From assembly GCA_963749155.1 (NCBI GenBank), contig CAVVLO010000001.1:512001-576000 (forward strand): 64,000 nt of DNA, given 5' to 3'. The translations under genes and the position numbers were made by a program. Below, piece by piece: positions 21,549-34,516 of this stretch (its first letter is position 1; the number at the start of each line of letters is the position of its first letter). Source of the stretch: an uncultured Armatimonadia bacterium (lineage in GTDB: Bacteria > Armatimonadota > Zipacnadia > CAVVLO01). A model generated the notes under the pieces. The model was not told where the DNA came from. It made no database searches and saw only the letters and a program-made list of their open reading frames with translations.

Positions 21549-22378
21549 ATGGGCGTCAAAAAGTATAAGCCGACAACACCGTCGCGCAGGTACATGACGG
21601 GCTCGACCTTCGAAGAGATTACGAAGTCGAAGCCCGAGAAGAAACTGCTGAAGGCGCAGAAGAGCAATGCCGGACGCAACAACACCGGAAAGGTGACGGT
21701 GCGTCATCAGGGCGCAGGCGTGAAGCAGCGTTACCGGTTAGTAGACTTCAAACGCGACAAGGACGGCATGCCCGCCAAAGTTGCGGCAATCGAGTACGAT
21801 CCTAACCGGTCGGCGCGCATCGCCCTTCTGCATTATGAAGACGGAGAAAAGCGCTACATCATAGCGCCGGAAGCGCTTCGGGTTGGGATGAAGGTAGTGT
21901 CGGGCGCGGATGCCCCCATCGAGGTAGGCAACACGCTACCTCTGTCGGCTATCCCGCTGGGCCAGCTCGTTCACGCAATCGAGTTGCAGCCTGGACGGGG
22001 CGCGCAGATGGCGCGTTCGGCCGGGGCCGAGGCTCAGGTAGCCGCGAAGGAAGGCAAATATGCCACCCTTCGGCTTCCCTCTGGCGAAATGCGCATGGTG
22101 CTTCAGACCTGCAAGGCAACGCTGGGAAGAGTCGGCAACGCCGATCATGAGATTCTGGTAGACGGCAAGGCTGGACGGGCACGGTGGCGCGGTCGTCGGC
22201 CCGCAGTACGAGGCGTAACAATGAACCCAGTGGACCATCCACATGGCGGCGGCGAGGCCAAAGCGCCAATCGGCCGGCGGCTCCCGTGTCGCCAACTGGG
22301 GTGCCCGCTCTTGGATACAAGACGCGCAAGCCCAAGAAGGCCTCTGACAAGTTCATTATTCGCCGGCGCAAGAAGTAA
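21549..22378 (+). CDS. rplB: 50S ribosomal protein uL2, frameshift near 22277 (probable sequence error)
   Basis: [24 protein letters not shown]. The C-terminus [26 protein letters not shown] is in the adjacent frame. Confidence 0.96.
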
Positions 22379-22407
22379 GCGGGGCTGACCCTGCGGAGGT
22401 GTCATAA

Positions 22408-22695
22408 GTGGCTCGTTCGATGAAGAAAGGCCCGTTTGCCGATTTGCATCTGCTTGCGAAGGTACGCAAGCTGAATGAAACAGGCGGCAAGGACATTATC
22501 AAGACCTGGTCGCGCAGGAGCACCATCTTCCCCGAGATGGTCGGCCATACAATGGCAGTCCATGACGGGAAGAAGCACGTGCCGGTATTCGTGACCGAGA
22601 ATATGGTCGGGCACAAGCTTGGAGAATTCGTGCCTACACGGCATTTTCGGGGTCACGCTGGGAGCAAGTCCGAGCGCACCTCGAGAATGAAGTAG
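22408..22695 (+). CDS. rpsS: 30S ribosomal protein uS19
   Basis: [28 protein letters not shown]. Confidence 0.98.
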   Translation: MARSMKKGPFADLHLLAKVRKLNETGGKDIIKTWSRRSTIFPEMVGHTMAVHDGKKHVPVFVTENMVGHKLGEFVPTRHFRGHAGSKSERTSRMK

Positions 22696-22726
22696 AGGCA
22701 GGCCACCTGCGAAGGGGTGTTTTACG

Positions 22727-23368
22727 TTGGCTGAAGTAAAAGCAACAGGAAAGTTTCTCAGAGGGTCGGTTTTCAAGGTGCGGCCTGTGCTGAGCGCTAT
22801 AAAAGGGATGCCTGTACGCGAGGCTAAAGCAAGCCTGGCCTATATGGGCGGCAAAGGCGCGGAGTTGGCACTGAATGTGCTGACCTCGGCAAGCGCCAAC
22901 GCGGTGGAGAACGCCGGGGCCGAGGAGTCTGCTCTGGTGGTAAAGAACGCCTTTGCAGATGAAGGCGTCACCATCAAGCGTATGCGTTTTCGCGCATATG
23001 GCAGGGCTGACCGCATCGCAAAGCGCACTTGTCACATCACGATAGTGGTGGATGAGGACGAGGAGCGCAAGGCGAAGCTGGAAGAGAAGGCCAAAGCCAA
23101 GGCGAAGGCCGCGAAGGCGACTCCCGCAAAGGGCGAGAAGAAGGCGTCTGAAAAGGCGCCCGAGGCAGAAGCCCCTGTGAAGAAAGGCCGCAAGACGAAG
23201 GCTGAAGCGCCTGTAGCCGAAGAGCCGCAGGTCGAGGCCCAGGAGCCTGAAGAGATTGTAACCGACATCGAAGAAGTCGGCGCCGACATCGAAGAGGTCG
23301 AAGAGGCCCCCGAGATGGAGCAGGCGGAAGGCGACGAGTCGGAGAGCGACAAGCAGGAAGGAGCCTAA
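22727..23368 (+). CDS. rplV: 50S ribosomal protein uL22 with about 100-aa C-terminal extension
   Basis: [24 protein letters not shown]; operon position. Confidence 0.95.
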   Translation: MAEVKATGKFLRGSVFKVRPVLSAIKGMPVREAKASLAYMGGKGAELALNVLTSASANAVENAGAEESALVVKNAFADEGVTIKRMRFRAYGRADRIAKRTCHITIVVDEDEERKAKLEEKAKAKAKAAKATPAKGEKKASEKAPEAEAPVKKGRKTKAEAPVAEEPQVEAQEPEEIVTDIEEVGADIEEVEEAPEMEQAEGDESESDKQEGA

Positions 23369-23369
23369 G

Positions 23370-24167
23370 ATGGGTCAGAAGGTAAATCCGATCGGGTTCA
23401 GACTGGGGCAGACGCAATATTGGCGGGGACGCTGGTTTACCAGCCGCGACTATTGGAAGTCTTTGCTCGAGGATTACAGCGTGCGCAAGCACATCAGGAG
23501 CAAGCTGGCCGGGGCTGGACTCGCCGATATCATTATAGAACGGCATGGTGGAGACCGGCTACGCGTTACGATCATGAGTTCGCGTCCTGGGGTCATAATT
23601 GGCCGGCGCGGGCAGGGGATCGACGATATGCGGCTCGAGCTGGAGCGGCAGGTCAACAAGCGCGTGAACCTGACGGTAGAAGAGATCCGCGATCCTGACT
23701 TGAACGCTCAGCTTGTGGCGGATTCGATTGCCAGCAGCATCCAGCGTCGGGTTTCGTTCAGGCGCGCTATGCGCCAGGCTATCCAGCGGACGATGCGCCG
23801 CGGGGCAAAAGGCGTGCGCGTACGCTGCGCGGGCAGACTGGGCGGGGCTGAAATCGCCCGGGACGAGTCAGCCATGGAAGGCAGTGTGCCTCTCAGCACT
23901 CTGCGCGCTGATATCGATTATGCGGTGGGCGTCGCTCGCACGACCTACGGGCCCATCGGTGTAAAGGTTTGGATTTACAAGGGCGATGTGGCTTCGGAGA
24001 AAGAACAGCGCAAGCTGGCGAAGCTGCGCGCAGAAAAGGCACGTATTAAGGCCGAAGAGGCAGCGATCGCTGCGGCTGACGCAGAGGGAGAGGCAGAGGA
24101 GATGGCCGGGTTCGAGCAGGCCGTCGAGGAAGCCGAAGTGTTTGAGCAGACCGGCGATGAAGAGTAA
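23370..24167 (+). CDS. rpsC: 30S ribosomal protein uS3
   Basis: [38 protein letters not shown]. Confidence 0.98.
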   Translation: MGQKVNPIGFRLGQTQYWRGRWFTSRDYWKSLLEDYSVRKHIRSKLAGAGLADIIIERHGGDRLRVTIMSSRPGVIIGRRGQGIDDMRLELERQVNKRVNLTVEEIRDPDLNAQLVADSIASSIQRRVSFRRAMRQAIQRTMRRGAKGVRVRCAGRLGGAEIARDESAMEGSVPLSTLRADIDYAVGVARTTYGPIGVKVWIYKGDVASEKEQRKLAKLRAEKARIKAEEAAIAAADAEGEAEEMAGFEQAVEEAEVFEQTGDEE

Positions 24168-24188
24168 TCGGCAGACAGGTGAACCAGT

Positions 24189-24611
24189 ATGCTAATGCCC
24201 AAAAGAACCAAATACAGGAAGATGCACCGGGGCAGTATCGCCGGTAACGCGCATCGCGGTACGAAGCTGTTGAACGGAGATATCGGACTGCGCGCAGTTG
24301 AACGCGGGATGATCACCTCGGCGCAGATCGAGTCGGCGCGTATAGCCATAACTCGCGCAGTAAAGCGTGGGGGAAAGATGTGGATCAATATCTTCCCGCA
24401 CAAGGTTATGACAGCGCGGGCGGCAGAGACTCGAATGGGCGGCGGCAAGGGCGCGCCGGACCATTGGGTAGCCGTGGTTAAGCCAGGACGCATTATGTTT
24501 GAGCTGGGTTCGGTTACGGACGAGCTCGGACATGAAGCTATGAGGCGCGCGGCGCACAAGCTCCCTATCAAGTGCAAGGTTGTGACTCGGGAGGATGAGG
24601 ACCGTGGCTAA
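24189..24611 (+). CDS. rplP: 50S ribosomal protein uL16
   Basis: [33 protein letters not shown]. Confidence 0.98.
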   Translation: MLMPKRTKYRKMHRGSIAGNAHRGTKLLNGDIGLRAVERGMITSAQIESARIAITRAVKRGGKMWINIFPHKVMTARAAETRMGGGKGAPDHWVAVVKPGRIMFELGSVTDELGHEAMRRAAHKLPIKCKVVTREDEDRG

Positions 24612-24810
24612 GAGCCAGGGTACGGCCGAGTTCGGCCAGATGACAGTAGAGGAGCTGCAGCGGGCGGCGAAAGAGAAGCGCGCCGACCTGTTCGAGCTGA
24701 GGCGCCAACTGGTGATGCAGCGGCTGGATAATAATCAGCGCATCAAGCAGACAAAGCGCGAACTGGCGCGGCTCCTGACAATCATTCGGCAGAAGGAAAC
24801 CGCCCAGTGA
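24595..24810 (+). CDS. rpmC: 50S ribosomal protein uL29
   Basis: [14 protein letters not shown]; position after rplP. Confidence 0.92.
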   Translation: MRTVAKSQGTAEFGQMTVEELQRAAKEKRADLFELRRQLVMQRLDNNQRIKQTKRELARLLTIIRQKETAQ

Positions 24811-25085
24811 GCGGGCGAGGGAGAGTGGCTCCAGAGATGGCCGTCAAGACTACCAAAGAGGGCGTTGTCGTAAGCGACAAGATGGACAAGACCGTAGTGG
24901 TCGAAGTCGAGCGGCTTGTGGCGCACCCCAAGTATAAGAAGATCATGCGGCATACCAAGAAGTATCATGCGCATGACGAGAACAACGAATGTCGTATGGG
25001 CGATCGCGTGCGTCTCGAGTCGACTCGGCCGCTTTCGAAGACGAAGTGCTGGCGAGTAAGCGAGATCATCGACCGGAAGGCATAA
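24807..25085 (+). CDS. rpsQ: 30S ribosomal protein uS17
   Basis: [29 protein letters not shown]. Confidence 0.97.
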   Translation: MSGRGRVAPEMAVKTTKEGVVVSDKMDKTVVVEVERLVAHPKYKKIMRHTKKYHAHDENNECRMGDRVRLESTRPLSKTKCWRVSEIIDRKA

Positions 25086-25118
25086 GAGTAGTAGCAGACC
25101 TGGCAAGGAGGCAACGCG

Positions 25119-27203
25119 TTGAAGGTTTATGAAACCGACAAGCTACGCAACCTGATCGTTGCAGGCCACCGGGGCGCAGGCAAGACCTCGCTGGTGGAAG
25201 GTATGCTCTTCGCGACGGGCGGCAGTACCCGCCTTGGACGCGTTGAAGAGGGCACTTCTACCTGTGATTACAGCCCCGAGGAGATAGACAGGAAGATAAG
25301 CATCCAGTCGGCACTGGCTTATGTCGAGACCGACGGATGCAAGGTCAACCTGATTGACACCCCTGGGTTTGGTGAATTGCTGGGCGAGGTTATTTCTACA
25401 ATAGCCGCCGCGGATGCGCTGCTTCTTGTTTTGGACGCTACAGGCGGCGTCGAAGTGATGACCGAGCAGGTCTGGAACCTGGCCCAGGCCAAGTCGGCAC
25501 CCAGTGTTGCTTTCGTTAACAAGCTGGACAAAGAGAACACCGATTTCGACGCATCGCTTGCGCAGTTGAAAGAGGCTTTTCAGGGCGTCACTTTCGCGCC
25601 TGCGGTCATCCCGATGGGCACTGCGGCTGACTTCAAAGGGGTCGTAGACGTACTGAGCGGGAAGGCTTATACCTTCGCGGGTGGCAAGGAGACCGAGGGG
25701 CCAGTGCCTGCCGAATACGCTGACGCGATGGCGACGGCAAAGGAAGCCCTGACGGAAGCGGCGGCCGAAGGCGACGACGACTTGCTCGAGAAGTACCTGG
25801 AAGAGGGCGAGCTTACCGAAGCCGAACTGCTTAAGGGCCTGGGAGCCGCAGTCGCGGCTGGGAAGGTCTGTCTGGTGTTCGGCGGCAGCGCTTACAACAA
25901 CAGTGGCACGCTGGCTCTGTTGAAGGGCCTGGTTAAGTGGATCCCTTCGCCTGACAAACTGCCGGCCATAAAGGCCACGAAGGTAAATGGCGATACCGAG
26001 GTTGAGCTGGCGCCCTCTGGCAGTTCGCCACTTACGGCCCTGGTTTTCAAGACTATCGTAGACCCGGTCGTCGGACGTGTCAGTTATCTGCGCGTCTTCA
26101 CGGGCGAGCTTTCGAGCGATGTAGCCCTGTATAACGCAAGCAAGAGCGGGTCAGAGCGACTCAGCCAGATTCTGGTACTGAAAGGCAAGAACCAGGATAC
26201 GGTCGTAAAGGCAGTGGCTGGCGATATTGTCGCAACCACCAAGCTCGATGATACCGAGACGGCTGATACACTTTGCGCGCAGGACCACCAGATGACGCTG
26301 CCCCGGATGGAATATCCGGAGCCTTTCGCGAGTCTGGCAATCAACTGCGCGAATCGCGCTGATGAAGAGAAAGTCAGCGATACGCTGAACAAGTTGCAGA
26401 AGGAAGATCCTTCTTTCCGCGCATATCGCAATCATGAGACCGAAGAGTTGCTGGTAGCAGGCCTCGGGAGCTTGCACCTGGACGTCATAGTTGATAAACT
26501 CAGGCGTCGCTCCAAGGTCGAGGTCAACACGACACCGCCGAAGGTCGCTTACCGCGAAACCATCCGCAAACGGGTAGAGGTCGAGGGGAAGCACAAGAAA
26601 CAAACCGGCGGACGTGGCCAGTTCGGGCACGTGTGGGTTCGGTTCGAGCCGCTGCCGCGCGGTGGCGGGTTCGAGTTCGAGGATGCAGTCGTGGGAGGCT
26701 CCGTGCCTCGTCAGTTCATTCCCGCAGTGGAGAAGGGCCTCGCAGAGGTCCTGCCTAAAGGCGTGCTTGCGGGATTCCCGACAGTGGATGTAAAGGCGAC
26801 TTTGTACGATGGCTCGAGCCATGCGGTTGACTCTTCGGAGTTGGCTTTCAAGCTGGCCGCTCATCTGGCTTTCAGGAAGGGCATAATGGAAGCCGATCCA
26901 GTGCTGCTTGAACCGATCAGTTATGTCGAGGTCACGGTGCCCGAGGAGTTTATGGGCGATGTGATGGGCGACTTTAACGGACGGCGTGGCCGGATCCTGG
27001 GAATGGAACCACAAGGCAACAAGCAGATCGTGAAGGCCATGGTGCCGCTGTCCGAACTTGGGATGTACAGCGCGGACCTCACCAGCAAGACGGGTGGCAA
27101 GGGTCACTTCATGATGAGGTTTGATCATTACGACGAAGTGCCGGCCCACCTGGTCCAGCACATCATCGAGCAGCACAAGAAGGATCAGGAAGAAGCCGAA
27201 TAA
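25119..27203 (+). CDS. fusA2: Second elongation factor G (EF-G II/EF-G2-like)
   Basis: GHRGAGKT, RKISI, DTPGF, NKLD, KQTGGRGQFGHV, HAVDSSELAF; TTG start with AAGGAGG RBS. Confidence 0.93.
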   Translation: MKVYETDKLRNLIVAGHRGAGKTSLVEGMLFATGGSTRLGRVEEGTSTCDYSPEEIDRKISIQSALAYVETDGCKVNLIDTPGFGELLGEVISTIAAADALLLVLDATGGVEVMTEQVWNLAQAKSAPSVAFVNKLDKENTDFDASLAQLKEAFQGVTFAPAVIPMGTAADFKGVVDVLSGKAYTFAGGKETEGPVPAEYADAMATAKEALTEAAAEGDDDLLEKYLEEGELTEAELLKGLGAAVAAGKVCLVFGGSAYNNSGTLALLKGLVKWIPSPDKLPAIKATKVNGDTEVELAPSGSSPLTALVFKTIVDPVVGRVSYLRVFTGELSSDVALYNASKSGSERLSQILVLKGKNQDTVVKAVAGDIVATTKLDDTETADTLCAQDHQMTLPRMEYPEPFASLAINCANRADEEKVSDTLNKLQKEDPSFRAYRNHETEELLVAGLGSLHLDVIVDKLRRRSKVEVNTTPPKVAYRETIRKRVEVEGKHKKQTGGRGQFGHVWVRFEPLPRGGGFEFEDAVVGGSVPRQFIPAVEKGLAEVLPKGVLAGFPTVDVKATLYDGSSHAVDSSELAFKLAAHLAFRKGIMEADPVLLEPISYVEVTVPEEFMGDVMGDFNGRRGRILGMEPQGNKQIVKAMVPLSELGMYSADLTSKTGGKGHFMMRFDHYDEVPAHLVQHIIEQHKKDQEEAE

Positions 27204-27239
27204 CGGCTTCGACTGGTTCGGTCGAGGAGAGGACTAGCA

Positions 27240-27608
27240 ATGATCGTGCCAATGACCAGGTTGAAGGTCGCAGATAACTCTGGGGCGCGTGAGATACTTT
27301 GCATCGGCGTGGTCGGGAAGGGTACAACGATCAAAGCTGGCGTTGGAGATATCATCTCGGCCGCGGTAAAAGTAGCGACGCCCAACGGGCAAGTGCAGGC
27401 CGGTACCGTGGTGCACGCCACGATAGTAAGGATGAAGGACCGGATCAGGCGTCCTGACGGGACTTATATCAGATTCGACGAAAACGCGGCGGTGTTGATC
27501 GACAAGGATGGTAATCCGCTGGGAACGCGCGTATTCGGGCCAGTAGCCCGCGAACTGCGCGAGCGGAACTATATGAAGATCATCTCGCTGGCGCCAGAGG
27601 TGCTGTAA
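27240..27608 (+). CDS. rplN: 50S ribosomal protein uL14
   Basis: [35 protein letters not shown]. Confidence 0.98.
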   Translation: MIVPMTRLKVADNSGAREILCIGVVGKGTTIKAGVGDIISAAVKVATPNGQVQAGTVVHATIVRMKDRIRRPDGTYIRFDENAAVLIDKDGNPLGTRVFGPVARELRERNYMKIISLAPEVL

Positions 27609-27609
27609 G

Positions 27610-27963
27610 GTGAAGGCTCCGAAGACCAAGATTGAGAAGCCGAAGCTGCGCAAGGGCGATACGATAGTCGTCATCGCCGGACGCGACAAGGGCGAGCGCG
27701 GCAAAGTATTGAAAGTCGACCAGGAAAGCAGTCGGGTACTGGTCGAGGGCGTGAATATGGTGAAGAAGCACCAGCGCGCCAGCGGGAAAATCCAGCAGGG
27801 CGGCATAATTGACAAGCCGGCGACCCTGGATATCTCTAACGTACAGCTTGTATGTCCCTCTTGTGGCAAGGCGACGCGGGTAACGCGCGCCAAGAACGAT
27901 GAGGGGCATTCAAATCGGGTATGCCGCAAGTGCAGCGAGACAGTGGACCAGGCCGAGGGTTAA
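27610..27963 (+). CDS. rplX: 50S ribosomal protein uL24
   Basis: KOW motif KGDTIVVIAGRDKG, VEGVN, SNVQL; CxxC..CxxC. Confidence 0.97.
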   Translation: MKAPKTKIEKPKLRKGDTIVVIAGRDKGERGKVLKVDQESSRVLVEGVNMVKKHQRASGKIQQGGIIDKPATLDISNVQLVCPSCGKATRVTRAKNDEGHSNRVCRKCSETVDQAEG

Positions 27964-27991
27964 GCCAGGCCTAGCAGCGAGGGTGTAAGAG

Positions 27992-28567
27992 ATGAGCGAA
28001 GCTAAGGAAAGCCTTTCCAGCAAGCCGCGATTGAAGGCCAAGTACGATGAAGTCATCGCAGCGAAGCTGACAGAGCAGTTCGGTTACCCGAACCTGATGG
28101 CTGTACCGCGTCTGACTAAAATCGTGGTAAGCATGGGCCTGAGTGAAGCGCGGGAGAATCCGGATGTTGTGGATCACGCCGCTACTCAGCTCGGTATCAT
28201 CACCGGCCAGAAGCCGGCAGTGCGCAAGGCAAAGAAGTCGGTAGCGGCTTTCCGCGTGCGCCAGGGGATGTCCATCGGGGCCGTAGTCACAATGCGCGGG
28301 CCACGTATGTGGGAGTTTTTCGATCGGTTGCTGACAGTAGCGCTACCACGTATCCGGGACTTCCGGGGTCTGGAAAGCAACTCTTTCGACGGGCGAGGCA
28401 ATTATTCGTTCGGACTGCGGGAGCAGACAATCTTCCCTGAAATTGATTTCGACCGGATCGATCAGGTCCGTGGGATGAATATCACCGTCGTAACGACGGC
28501 GAAGACCGATGAAGAAGCTCGGGCACTGTTGCTCGAGCTGGGGATGCCCCTGCAAAAGGGGAGCTAA
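27992..28567 (+). CDS. rplE: 50S ribosomal protein uL5
   Basis: [28 protein letters not shown]. Confidence 0.98.
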   Translation: MSEAKESLSSKPRLKAKYDEVIAAKLTEQFGYPNLMAVPRLTKIVVSMGLSEARENPDVVDHAATQLGIITGQKPAVRKAKKSVAAFRVRQGMSIGAVVTMRGPRMWEFFDRLLTVALPRIRDFRGLESNSFDGRGNYSFGLREQTIFPEIDFDRIDQVRGMNITVVTTAKTDEEARALLLELGMPLQKGS

Positions 28568-28585
28568 GGTCCGGAGGGAGTTCAA

Positions 28586-28771
28586 GTGGCGAAGAAGGCA
28601 CTGAAGATCAAGGCGGAAGCCAAGCCCAAGTTCAAGGCGCGCGGGTACAACCGATGCAAGCTGTGTGGAAGGCCGCATGGATATATGCGAGATTTCGGCC
28701 TTTGCCGTATCTGTTTCCGCGAAGGCGTCAACTGGGGACTCATCCCCGGCGTAACCAAGGCGAGCTGGTAA
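28586..28771 (+). CDS. rpsN: 30S ribosomal protein uS14, short zinc-binding type
   Basis: [25 protein letters not shown]. Confidence 0.97.
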   Translation: MAKKALKIKAEAKPKFKARGYNRCKLCGRPHGYMRDFGLCRICFREGVNWGLIPGVTKASW

Positions 28772-28840
28772 GCAATGAGGACTGAAAACAAGGGCATCAC
28801 GCTTGGAGTATCCAAGGGTAAAGTGCGCAGTAGCAAGCCG

Positions 28841-29239
28841 ATGAAGGTCACTGACCCAATCGCTGATATGCTGACGCGGATCCGCAATGGCTTTCGGGCA
28901 GATCACGAGACGGTAGAGATGCCGAACTCGAAGCTGAAGGAATCCATCGCGAAAGTACTTCACGCCGAGGGTTACATCGACCGGTACCAGGTAGTGCCTG
29001 GCAAAGGTTCGGGTACCCTGCGGATCAAGTTGAAGTATATGGAGAACAGCGTAAGCGTAATCGACGGGATCGAGCGGGTCAGTAAAAGCGGCAAGCGTAT
29101 CTTCGCCGGTAAAGGCAAGATGCCGAAAGTACTGCAGGGGCTCGGTATTCTGATAGTAACCACCTCCTCTGGCGTGATGAGCGATCGAGAGGCCCGGGCA
29201 AAGGGCATCGGTGGCGAGATCCTCGCCAAGGTTTGGTAG
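28841..29239 (+). CDS. rpsH: 30S ribosomal protein uS8 (alternative start 28775)
   Basis: TDPIADMLTRIRN, GLGI, GIGGEIL. Confidence 0.97.
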   Translation: MKVTDPIADMLTRIRNGFRADHETVEMPNSKLKESIAKVLHAEGYIDRYQVVPGKGSGTLRIKLKYMENSVSVIDGIERVSKSGKRIFAGKGKMPKVLQGLGILIVTTSSGVMSDREARAKGIGGEILAKVW

Positions 29240-29250
29240 GAGGAGTAGAT

Positions 29251-29796
29251 ATGTCTCGTATAGGGCAAATGCCTATTGAGATACCAGGCGGTGTGCAAGT
29301 GACCATCGAGGGTCAGCATATCGCGGTAAAAGGGCCGAAAGGCCAGCTCGAGCGCGTAGTGCCCGAGCCGATCCAGGTCGTGCAGGAAGGTTCAGTGCTG
29401 ACGCTGGTGCGTCCGGACGATGAGCAGAACAGCAAGGCCCTGCACGGGCTGAGCCGGACCCTCGTTGCCAACCTGGTAGCAGGCGTGACGACTGGATTCC
29501 GCAAGTCGCTTGAACTGCACGGGAAGGAGTTCCGCGCTGAAGTGCGCGGTTCCAGCCTGGTGATGGATTTGGGATTCAGCCATGAGGTAGTTTACGAACC
29601 CGCAAGCAACTGCAGCTTCGAAGTGCAGGGGCAGAACCCAATACTGATCCACATAAACGGGATCGATCGGGAAGTCGTGGGCCAGACGGCAGCGACAATC
29701 CGGGCCAGAAAAAAGCCTGAGCCTTACAAGGGCAAAGGGCTGCGCTACCAGGGCGAAGTCGTCCGTCGCAAGGCGGGCAAGGCAGGCGCTCGGTAA
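29251..29796 (+). CDS. rplF: 50S ribosomal protein uL6
   Basis: MSRIG, VKGPKG, LGFSH, PEPYKGKG. Confidence 0.97.
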   Translation: MSRIGQMPIEIPGGVQVTIEGQHIAVKGPKGQLERVVPEPIQVVQEGSVLTLVRPDDEQNSKALHGLSRTLVANLVAGVTTGFRKSLELHGKEFRAEVRGSSLVMDLGFSHEVVYEPASNCSFEVQGQNPILIHINGIDREVVGQTAATIRARKKPEPYKGKGLRYQGEVVRRKAGKAGAR

Positions 29797-29828
29797 CAGG
29801 GGACAGAGTCGGTACAGGGGTGTGCCAG

Positions 29829-30197
29829 ATGGCAAGCATAAAGTCGCGAAATGAATTAAGGAAAATCCGTCAGGACCGCGGTCGGCGGAAGATCAAGGGA
29901 ACGGCCGAGCGGCCTCGGATTTGTGTATACAAGAGCCTGAAGGCGCTGTATGTACAGGTCATAGACGATGAAGCCGGGCACACGCTGATGGGGCTGACAA
30001 CTGGCGCAGGCGAGTTGAAGGACGGGCTGGAAAGCCTGACTAACCTGGCTGCCGCCGAGAAACTTGGCGAGGCAGTAGGGGCCAAACTCATCGAGCGCGG
30101 GATCACCGCAGTGGTGTTCGACCGCAGTGGCTACAAGTTCCATGGGGCCGTAAAGGCGATCGCCGATGCAGCGCGCAAAGCTGGCGTGCAGTTCTAA
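29829..30197 (+). CDS. rplR: 50S ribosomal protein uL18
   Basis: [24 protein letters not shown]. Confidence 0.97.
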   Translation: MASIKSRNELRKIRQDRGRRKIKGTAERPRICVYKSLKALYVQVIDDEAGHTLMGLTTGAGELKDGLESLTNLAAAEKLGEAVGAKLIERGITAVVFDRSGYKFHGAVKAIADAARKAGVQF

Positions 30198-30220
30198 TCG
30201 GCCAGAGCAGGAGGCAGACA

Positions 30221-30421
30221 ATGGCTGCTAAGGCAGGCAAACAAATAAAAGTCACGCTGGTACGCAGTGTCATTGGGCATACGAAATCCCAGAAAGACAC
30301 CGTACGCGCGCTTGGACTTGGAAAAATCAGTTCGAGTCGAGTGCTGCCGGACAGTCCGGCAGTGCGCGGGATGATCAACAAGGTACATCACCTTGTTGAG
30401 GTCTCGGAAGTCGGAAGCTAG
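30221..30421 (+). CDS. rpmD: 50S ribosomal protein uL30
   Basis: [27 protein letters not shown]. Confidence 0.96.
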   Translation: MAAKAGKQIKVTLVRSVIGHTKSQKDTVRALGLGKISSSRVLPDSPAVRGMINKVHHLVEVSEVGS

Positions 30422-30453
30422 CAAAGCTCCCAGGACCCGGAGGTGCTCCACAG

Positions 30454-30911
30454 GTGAAACTGCACGAGATAAAACCCGTAGAGGGAAGCATAAAGAAGAA
30501 GATGAGGGTCGGGCGCGGTCCCTCCAGCGGCAAGGGCAAGACGTCCGGTCGCGGTATGAAGGGTCAGCACGCCCACGGGCAGGTGCCGCAGGGATTTGAA
30601 GGCGGCCAGACTCCGATGTCGATGCGACTGCCGCTCAAGCGTGGCGTAAGCCGCGCGCAGCATAACCTGGGGATCTTCCGTAAGGACGTAGCTGTGGTTA
30701 ACATCAGCAAGCTGGCCCGGTTCGAGGCTGGCGCGACGGTTACACCCGAGGAACTCTACGCCCTGAATATGGCGCGTCGCACGAAAGACGGCGTCAAGAT
30801 ACTGGGGAACGGCGAACTTTCCATAGCGCTGAACGTGAAAGCGCAGGCGATCTCCAAGGTGGCCAAGGAGAAGATAGAGGCGGCGGGTGGCACCGTCGAG
30901 GTGATTAGCTG

Positions 30912-30912
<1 letters not shown>
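30454..30912 (+). CDS. rplO: 50S ribosomal protein uL15
   Basis: RVGRG, GKTSGRG, GFEGGQTP, KILGNG. Confidence 0.97.
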
Positions 30913-32902
<1,990 letters not shown>

Positions 32903-32928
32903 GACCGGGGCAGCTTGGGGATGAAGGT

Positions 32929-33687
32929 ATGCCCAGGTCGGAAAAGCCGGTAATCAAGCGGCCAGAAGAGCTTCAAGCAATGAGAGAAAGCGGCAGGCTG
33001 CTAGCGCGGACTTTTGAGGCGCTTGCTGATTTGATAAAGCCCGGGGTGACCACCCGGGAGCTGGACAGCTTTGTTGAGAACTATATAGCGCTCGGGGGCG
33101 GCAGGCCATCGTTCAAGGGATACAACGGTTATCCCGCGGCAATCTGCGCTTCACCCGAAGAGGTAGTGGTCCACGGGATTCCCGATGACCGACCTCTGGT
33201 CGAAGGCCAGATAATTGGTATCGACATCGGAGTAGAGCTGCGAGGTTGGCACTCTGACTCGGCGCGGACCTATGCAGTGGGCCAGATCAGCCAAGAGGCC
33301 GAGCGGTTGATGAAGGTCACGAAGCAGTCGCTCGAGGCCGGGATAGCACAAGCAGTGGTCGGGGCGCAGGTTGGCGATATAGGCGAGGCTGTCGAGGCGG
33401 TAGTAGAGCAGGCAGGTTATTCAGTAGTCCGAGACCTGGTCGGGCATGGGATAGGCCGTCATTTGCATGAAGCGCCCGAAGTGCCGAATTTCAAGGTGCG
33501 AGGGCGAGGGATAAGGCTCGAAGCCGGTATGACACTGGCGATAGAGCCAATGGTAAATGAAGGCGGCTGGCAGGTGCAGGTTGGCCCGGATGGGTGGACA
33601 ATCCGCACTAAAGACGGTAAACTGTCGGCTCATTTCGAGCATACAGTCGCGATAACTGAGGAGGGGCCTTGGGTCCTCACTTGTTGA
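32929..33687 (+). CDS. map: Methionine aminopeptidase type I
   Basis: VVHGIP, DSART, GHGIG, HEAP, IEPM, AHFEHT. Confidence 0.97.
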   Translation: MPRSEKPVIKRPEELQAMRESGRLLARTFEALADLIKPGVTTRELDSFVENYIALGGGRPSFKGYNGYPAAICASPEEVVVHGIPDDRPLVEGQIIGIDIGVELRGWHSDSARTYAVGQISQEAERLMKVTKQSLEAGIAQAVVGAQVGDIGEAVEAVVEQAGYSVVRDLVGHGIGRHLHEAPEVPNFKVRGRGIRLEAGMTLAIEPMVNEGGWQVQVGPDGWTIRTKDGKLSAHFEHTVAITEEGPWVLTC

Positions 33688-33707
33688 GTGAGGGCAGGCC
33701 GTAGTGG

Positions 33708-33926
33708 ATGCCCAAAGAAAAGCCGATCCGAGTCGAAGGGGTCATCACAGAGACGTTACCCAACGTCATGTACCGGGTGCGACTCGATAACGGCCACGAG
33801 TTGATCGCGCACGTGTCGGGCAAGATGAGGATGAGGTATATCCGCATCGTGAAAGGCGACCGGGTAAGTGTAGAGATGAGCCCTTACGACATAACAAAGG
33901 GACGCATCGTCTGGCTTCACAGGTAA
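33708..33926 (+). CDS. infA: Translation initiation factor IF-1
   Basis: ETLPN, SGKMR, GDRV, SPYD. Confidence 0.98.
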   Translation: MPKEKPIRVEGVITETLPNVMYRVRLDNGHELIAHVSGKMRMRYIRIVKGDRVSVEMSPYDITKGRIVWLHR

Positions 33927-33968
33927 AAGGAAGCAACCGCCCGAGAAGGCGTTTAGGAGTGGCAAGCA

Positions 33969-34082
33969 ATGAAAGTACATTCGGCAGTAAAGGTACGCTG
34001 TGACAGGTGCAAGATTGTAAAGCGGCGGGGAGTAGTGCGGGTTATCTGCACCAATCCTCGGCACAAGCAGCGACAGGGATAG
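33969..34082 (+). CDS. rpmJ: 50S ribosomal protein bL36 (not in ORF track)
   Basis: Manual translation [37 protein letters not shown]. Confidence 0.97.
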   Translation: MKVHSAVKVRCDRCKIVKRRGVVRVICTNPRHKQRQG

Positions 34083-34103
34083 GCACGTTGGAGGTGCACT
34101 GGT

Positions 34104-34487
34104 TTGGCGCGTATCGCGGGAATTGACCTTCCGAACCACAAGCGGGTAGAGATCGCCCTGACGTATATCTACGGGATAGGGCGCTCCAGGTCGCTGGAGA
34201 TAATGGCGCAGGCCGGGATCGACCGGGCCGCAAAGGTCGAGTCGCTGACCGACGACGACCTTACCCGGGTCAGAGAGATCCTCGAACGGGACTATATGAT
34301 CGAGGGAGATCTTCGGCGTCAGGTAACACAGAATATCAAGCGACTGATCGAGATCGGTTGTTATCGGGGCGTGCGACACAAGATTGGACTGCCAGTACGC
34401 GGGCAGCGGACTCGGACTAATGCGCGGACTCGCAAGGGTCGCAAACGCACAGTCGCGGGCAAGAAGAAGGCCCCGGGCAAGAAGTAA
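34104..34487 (+). CDS. rpsM: 30S ribosomal protein uS13
   Basis: [24 protein letters not shown]. Confidence 0.98.
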   Translation: MARIAGIDLPNHKRVEIALTYIYGIGRSRSLEIMAQAGIDRAAKVESLTDDDLTRVREILERDYMIEGDLRRQVTQNIKRLIEIGCYRGVRHKIGLPVRGQRTRTNARTRKGRKRTVAGKKKAPGKK

Positions 34488-34516
34488 AGGCGCCAGGCAG
34501 GTATTAGGAGGACGAA

